Shown here piece by piece: positions 4,693 to 8,203 of a DNA stretch of 8,203 nucleotides. Origin of the DNA: Promethearchaeota archaeon (GTDB taxonomy: Archaea > Asgardarchaeota > Hermodarchaeia > Hermodarchaeales > Hermodarchaeaceae); assembly GCA_048938295.1 (NCBI GenBank), contig JBHLMI010000050.1:1-8203 (forward strand). The letters run 5' to 3'. Position 1 is the first letter of the stretch, and the number at the start of each line of letters is the position of its first letter. Below the pieces are notes generated by a model that worked only from the letters and a program-made list of their open reading frames with translations, searched no databases and was not told the origin of the DNA. The position numbers were made by a program, and so were the translations under genes.

Positions 4693-7600
4693 ATGGTTTC
4701 AATGCCGGTTCGAAGTAGTTGGGTTAAATCTACGTGGTTAGTGGTATTTCTGGTTCTTGTGTTAGGTGGTCCGTTTCTTGTGTATTCGGGGCCGCCTTTG
4801 GAAACGATGGGTGTCGGGCTACCTTCTGAGGTGGTTCCTTCGCCTTCTCAACCTATTTCTGCTGAAGACTCGGTGCGACAAGGTGGTGGAGGGGTGTCAG
4901 TTGTTGCTCCAGCTCCTTCGATTCCCGTGTTTGACGGTGATGGTGCCAATCTCACGGCGACACCTTATATCGAGCAACAAGGTTCGGCTTATGTCACAAC
5001 GGGAGTTTGGGGTGACTCTCCATATGTAAAGGTTGACACGAATAACGATACGATTACCAGCGCACAACCTTCTGAGGGAACCATTGGACATATGGCCTGT
5101 TCGATTGACAATGTTTACGGGTATAATGAACATATAGGGCTGGTTCCCAATGGGGATTTCGAGGTCTGGCCTTTCAGCGACATTTTCCCATATGGTGGTG
5201 ATTGGGACACACAAGTAGCAGGTTCTAATGATCCCTTCTGCGAGTTCCTCTGGATTCCTCCAGCTGTTACGCCTGGGGTTCTGGTTATGCAAGTCCAACC
5301 CAATTACTTGAATGTGTTACCGCGTACGTGTGTCGGTGAAATGAGTGTCACTGCACACACTAACGTTTATCTCAACCCCGGAGATTATGTGCGAGCGTTC
5401 CTTCATTTCGAAGTTGATGTCCTTATTACAGTGTTACCGTTCACCCATACAGACGATACTCATATTCGAGTCTATATGGATGACGATATTGTGTGGTCAC
5501 ACTCATATGGTCAAAGAACGGTGGATCCTCTCGAGTATCCGGGTGGTCGGACATGGGATTACAGTTATTATGTCTACGCTGATGTCACAGACCAAATTGG
5601 TTCCGGTGGTACATATGAAATTAAACTCTACTTGATATCTGATACAGTACTTTCAACCCCATCATTTAGTTTTGTTCAAGTAATGTGGCAGGATGTGAAA
5701 CTTTTTGTTACGGAACAAGTTCCTGCCCCTCCCACTGATGTGTATATCGAGGATTTGGATACGAATGAAAGATTCTATTTCGATTCTCAAGGGTTTGCAG
5801 AGCTTTATACGACAGCTACAATGTGGGAGTTCGGACCGCACCCCCACTATTATTTTGATGCTAACTGGACGGTGTCCGCAACTCTAAACGAATTAAAGAA
5901 TATGACGACACGGTTTTCGACGACCGTTGATGCATTAGATGTCATCTGGGATGTGACTTCTCCGCCTGCCATTACGACAATCGAACCTGGATGGGTATAC
6001 TCGCGATATGAGGCTGCTATCCCCTTAGATTGGAACTACAATCAAAGTGAAGCAGGGATAGGGGGTCATTGGAAGGAGACCTTCCATATCTTGAGCTCCT
6101 ATACGGCTGGGTGGCATCAATTCCTCGAACCAAATACTGCGGTTGACAGCATCAATGTTATGTTGCAGAATTACACGATGATTATCCGAAGTCCATGCGT
6201 TCATTTCATGCAGGGCGAGCAGTATGCGGTTAACGTTTCCGGGATCATGGGAAGCTATTATTTGGACGTATACAATCCAATCGCCTACCATGAGAGTGGA
6301 AATGGTTGGATATCTGAGCACGATATGTGGACTAATAATAACACCGGTCAGGTATTTTCGCTTTCTCCCAATGCACCTTTAGGGAATTACATGGTTGTGG
6401 TCAAATGTCTTGGTCCTACTCCGCTGAACCAAGTTGGCTACTCTTCAGCGATATTCACTGTATCTGAGTACCATATAGCTAGCTTTCAATCCGAAATTAC
6501 TTCCGAAGGCAATGTAATAGTGTCAGGGCAACTGGGTTCTGCTGACTCTGGTGATTATACTGTTTATTGTGTTCGAGCAGTGTTGCAAAGCCCCGCAATG
6601 GATGGGCGCTTTGACGAAGTCATTGGAGATATGCGTCTACAGGATTGGTATCAAACCGATTGTCTGATATCAGTAACAGGAGAGCCCATCGATATTCACT
6701 TCACGGTGAACAATACCGGGGTTCACAAAGAAAACGTAGCTGTTACCCTTCGCTTTCTCAGTTTGGGAAGTCGTTCCTATTTGCTCTTTGAGAAGACCGC
6801 TCTTGTTTCAGTGTGGGAAACCAATCAGCTCCAGGAATTCAACTGGCCCAATTTATGGATAGGCCCGGTAGGAAACAATACTATGATGCGGCGAGGCTTC
6901 TATTTCATGGAGCTGGAAATTAACGGAAATCGCCTGGGCTTGCATCGCGGTGCAATTGGGTCTTATCTTGCCGTTACAGATTCGCCTTCCATGATTGGTC
7001 GGGTTCCAAATTACCGTTCAATTCCTGTTAGCTATCCTGATTTTACCACAGAATTTGTACGGTTCTATGGTGAACTTGCGATGCCTGTTACCAATTATTT
7101 CCTTGTAACAGTGACAGATGTGAATCATATAACCGCTGATAGTGTTCCTGTGAGTAGCGAAATCTTGAAGCTGCATACGAGTCTGCATCAACCCTACCTT
7201 GTTGACCATTCTTACGGCAATTACACCAGTATACATCCGAATGGGTCTCTTACTGCTGAGGCATGGATGTGGAGCGAATCTCCTTGGCTAACCGATTATA
7301 ACTTTTCAAATCATGAGTACTCACTAGATTATTACGTCAACTGGAGTACCGAGTTTGAATACTGGGGTTCTGCCCCCATCAACAACTGGGCTACACCTCG
7401 TGATCGTGATTTTCATGGAATAAGTCGCCTAATGATCACCGATTCTAGTGGTCATCCTCCCGGCTCTTATCCGCTTCTCATCAGATACCAAGGCGACACG
7501 TTTACTCATGCCTGTAATATTACGGGCACAGTTGAATACGCCTTTACAACCATTTCACCACCGGTCTCTGGCCCAGGGACGAATGCAGGTTTTGGTGGAC

Positions 7601-7989
7601 AAGGAATACTAATGGCCCGTTTGTGGGGCTGGACCTGTGTGATGGACGTTACATGGACTTATCCCAATCTAAGGCCAATTCCTGGGAAAGAATTAATCTT
7701 TGCCATCTTCACGGGTGTCAATTGGCAAGTTGTTGGCGTGGGCGTTACGGATTCTGATGGATGGGCACGAATACCTTATTCCGCAAGCTTTGTTATAGGC
7801 ACTCATCAAGTTCAAGTGATTTTCGAAGGCTCTGGTTTTCTTGCGGGATCGTTAGGTGTGTACAATATTACAATTGCTCCAAGTGTTCTTTTTGTGGGGA
7901 TTATTGCGCCTATTATCATTGTTCCAGTTGTGATCTCTGCTCTTGTCATTCGAAAAATCCGGAAAGGGCGCGTAGAGGGAGGTGAATGA
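4693..7989 (+). CDS. Large secreted, C-terminally membrane-anchored beta-sandwich/Ig-like cell-surface glycoprotein, 1098 aa
   Basis: N-terminal signal-like hydrophobic segment (WLVVFLVLVLGGPFLV). CBM-like LVPNGDFE motif. Ig-like strand patterns (APLGNYMVVVK, PPGSYPLLIRY, GVTDSDGWARIPY...GTHQVQVIFEG). About 16 N-x-S/T sequons by hand count. C-terminal TM helix (VLFVGIIAPIIIVPVVISALVI) followed by the basic tail RKIRKGR. Confidence 0.88.
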   Translation: MVSMPVRSSWVKSTWLVVFLVLVLGGPFLVYSGPPLETMGVGLPSEVVPSPSQPISAEDSVRQGGGGVSVVAPAPSIPVFDGDGANLTATPYIEQQGSAYVTTGVWGDSPYVKVDTNNDTITSAQPSEGTIGHMACSIDNVYGYNEHIGLVPNGDFEVWPFSDIFPYGGDWDTQVAGSNDPFCEFLWIPPAVTPGVLVMQVQPNYLNVLPRTCVGEMSVTAHTNVYLNPGDYVRAFLHFEVDVLITVLPFTHTDDTHIRVYMDDDIVWSHSYGQRTVDPLEYPGGRTWDYSYYVYADVTDQIGSGGTYEIKLYLISDTVLSTPSFSFVQVMWQDVKLFVTEQVPAPPTDVYIEDLDTNERFYFDSQGFAELYTTATMWEFGPHPHYYFDANWTVSATLNELKNMTTRFSTTVDALDVIWDVTSPPAITTIEPGWVYSRYEAAIPLDWNYNQSEAGIGGHWKETFHILSSYTAGWHQFLEPNTAVDSINVMLQNYTMIIRSPCVHFMQGEQYAVNVSGIMGSYYLDVYNPIAYHESGNGWISEHDMWTNNNTGQVFSLSPNAPLGNYMVVVKCLGPTPLNQVGYSSAIFTVSEYHIASFQSEITSEGNVIVSGQLGSADSGDYTVYCVRAVLQSPAMDGRFDEVIGDMRLQDWYQTDCLISVTGEPIDIHFTVNNTGVHKENVAVTLRFLSLGSRSYLLFEKTALVSVWETNQLQEFNWPNLWIGPVGNNTMMRRGFYFMELEINGNRLGLHRGAIGSYLAVTDSPSMIGRVPNYRSIPVSYPDFTTEFVRFYGELAMPVTNYFLVTVTDVNHITADSVPVSSEILKLHTSLHQPYLVDHSYGNYTSIHPNGSLTAEAWMWSESPWLTDYNFSNHEYSLDYYVNWSTEFEYWGSAPINNWATPRDRDFHGISRLMITDSSGHPPGSYPLLIRYQGDTFTHACNITGTVEYAFTTISPPVSGPGTNAGFGGQGILMARLWGWTCVMDVTWTYPNLRPIPGKELIFAIFTGVNWQVVGVGVTDSDGWARIPYSASFVIGTHQVQVIFEGSGFLAGSLGVYNITIAPSVLFVGIIAPIIIVPVVISALVIRKIRKGRVEGGE

Positions 7990-8054
7990 TGCAGGAAAAT
8001 GCGAAAATGAAATCATCGCGAGAAGAATTAGTAAATGAATTCTTGGAGGTATGA
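7986..8054 (+). CDS. Possible 22-aa bridging mini-ORF (MMQENAKMKSSREELVNEFLEV)
   Basis: Perfect GGAGGTGA SD at 7978-7985 inside the last codons of the upstream gene, ATGA/TGATG start-stop overlap, and its own last codons carry the SD (GGAGGT 8045-8050) of the next gene. Confidence 0.4.
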   Translation: MMQENAKMKSSREELVNEFLEV

Positions 8055-8057
8055 ATT

Positions 8058-8203
8058 ATGGCTCGAAAATCCGTTCTGTTCCTAACGGGAATTGGACTGC
8101 TATTCCTACTGGTCCCCACAGTCGCAGCAGATGGGTACTGGTTCCCAATGGTATTGAATGGCACTCTTAATGCTCCGCTTTTCAGTCTTCAATACTATCA
8201 CAA
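8058..8203 (+). CDS. Secreted protein, 5' part only (runs off the window)
   Basis: MARKSVLFLTGIGLLFLLVPTVAADGYWFPMVLNGTLNAPLFSLQYYH...: basic n-region, hydrophobic h-region, VAA|D signal peptidase site, NGT sequon, SD GGAGGT 7 nt upstream. Absent from the ORF track because it has no stop in the window. Confidence 0.8.
   Translation, partial: MARKSVLFLTGIGLLFLLVPTVAADGYWFPMVLNGTLNAPLFSLQYYH

Noticed and set aside
1-8203. CRISPR array, rRNA, tRNA, integrase or transposase
   Set aside because: No regularly spaced repeats or recognisable signatures seen by eye; a tRNAscan/Infernal run would be needed to exclude RNA genes formally.

Overview
Archaeal-looking genomic window (GGAGGTGA/GGGGTGA ribosome-binding sites, TTTATA boxes, sequon-rich surface protein; an Asgard-type host is a guess). 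It opens with the 3' end of a group 3c [NiFe]-hydrogenase large subunit gene (MvhA-like). Tail-to-tail with it lies a free-standing 636-aa HTH + double-motif LAGLIDADG endonuclease-like gene, preceded by an unannotated 38-aa single-TM ORF. The main observation is a second, diverged copy of the hydrogenase 3' tail (42/54 nt, 12/18 aa identical, mostly third-position or conservative changes, with a decayed CLSCxxH motif in front) 2194 bp downstream, on the far side of the endonuclease gene. This looks like a 3'-end-replacing homing-endonuclease cassette inserted at a hydrogenase active-site/maturation motif. The rest is a prenyltransferase/terpene-cyclase-fold protein, a HicB-DinB fusion, a 1098-aa membrane-anchored surface protein, a 22-aa bridging mini-ORF and the start of another secreted protein. 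Strong local G/T versus C/A strand-skew patches are also present.
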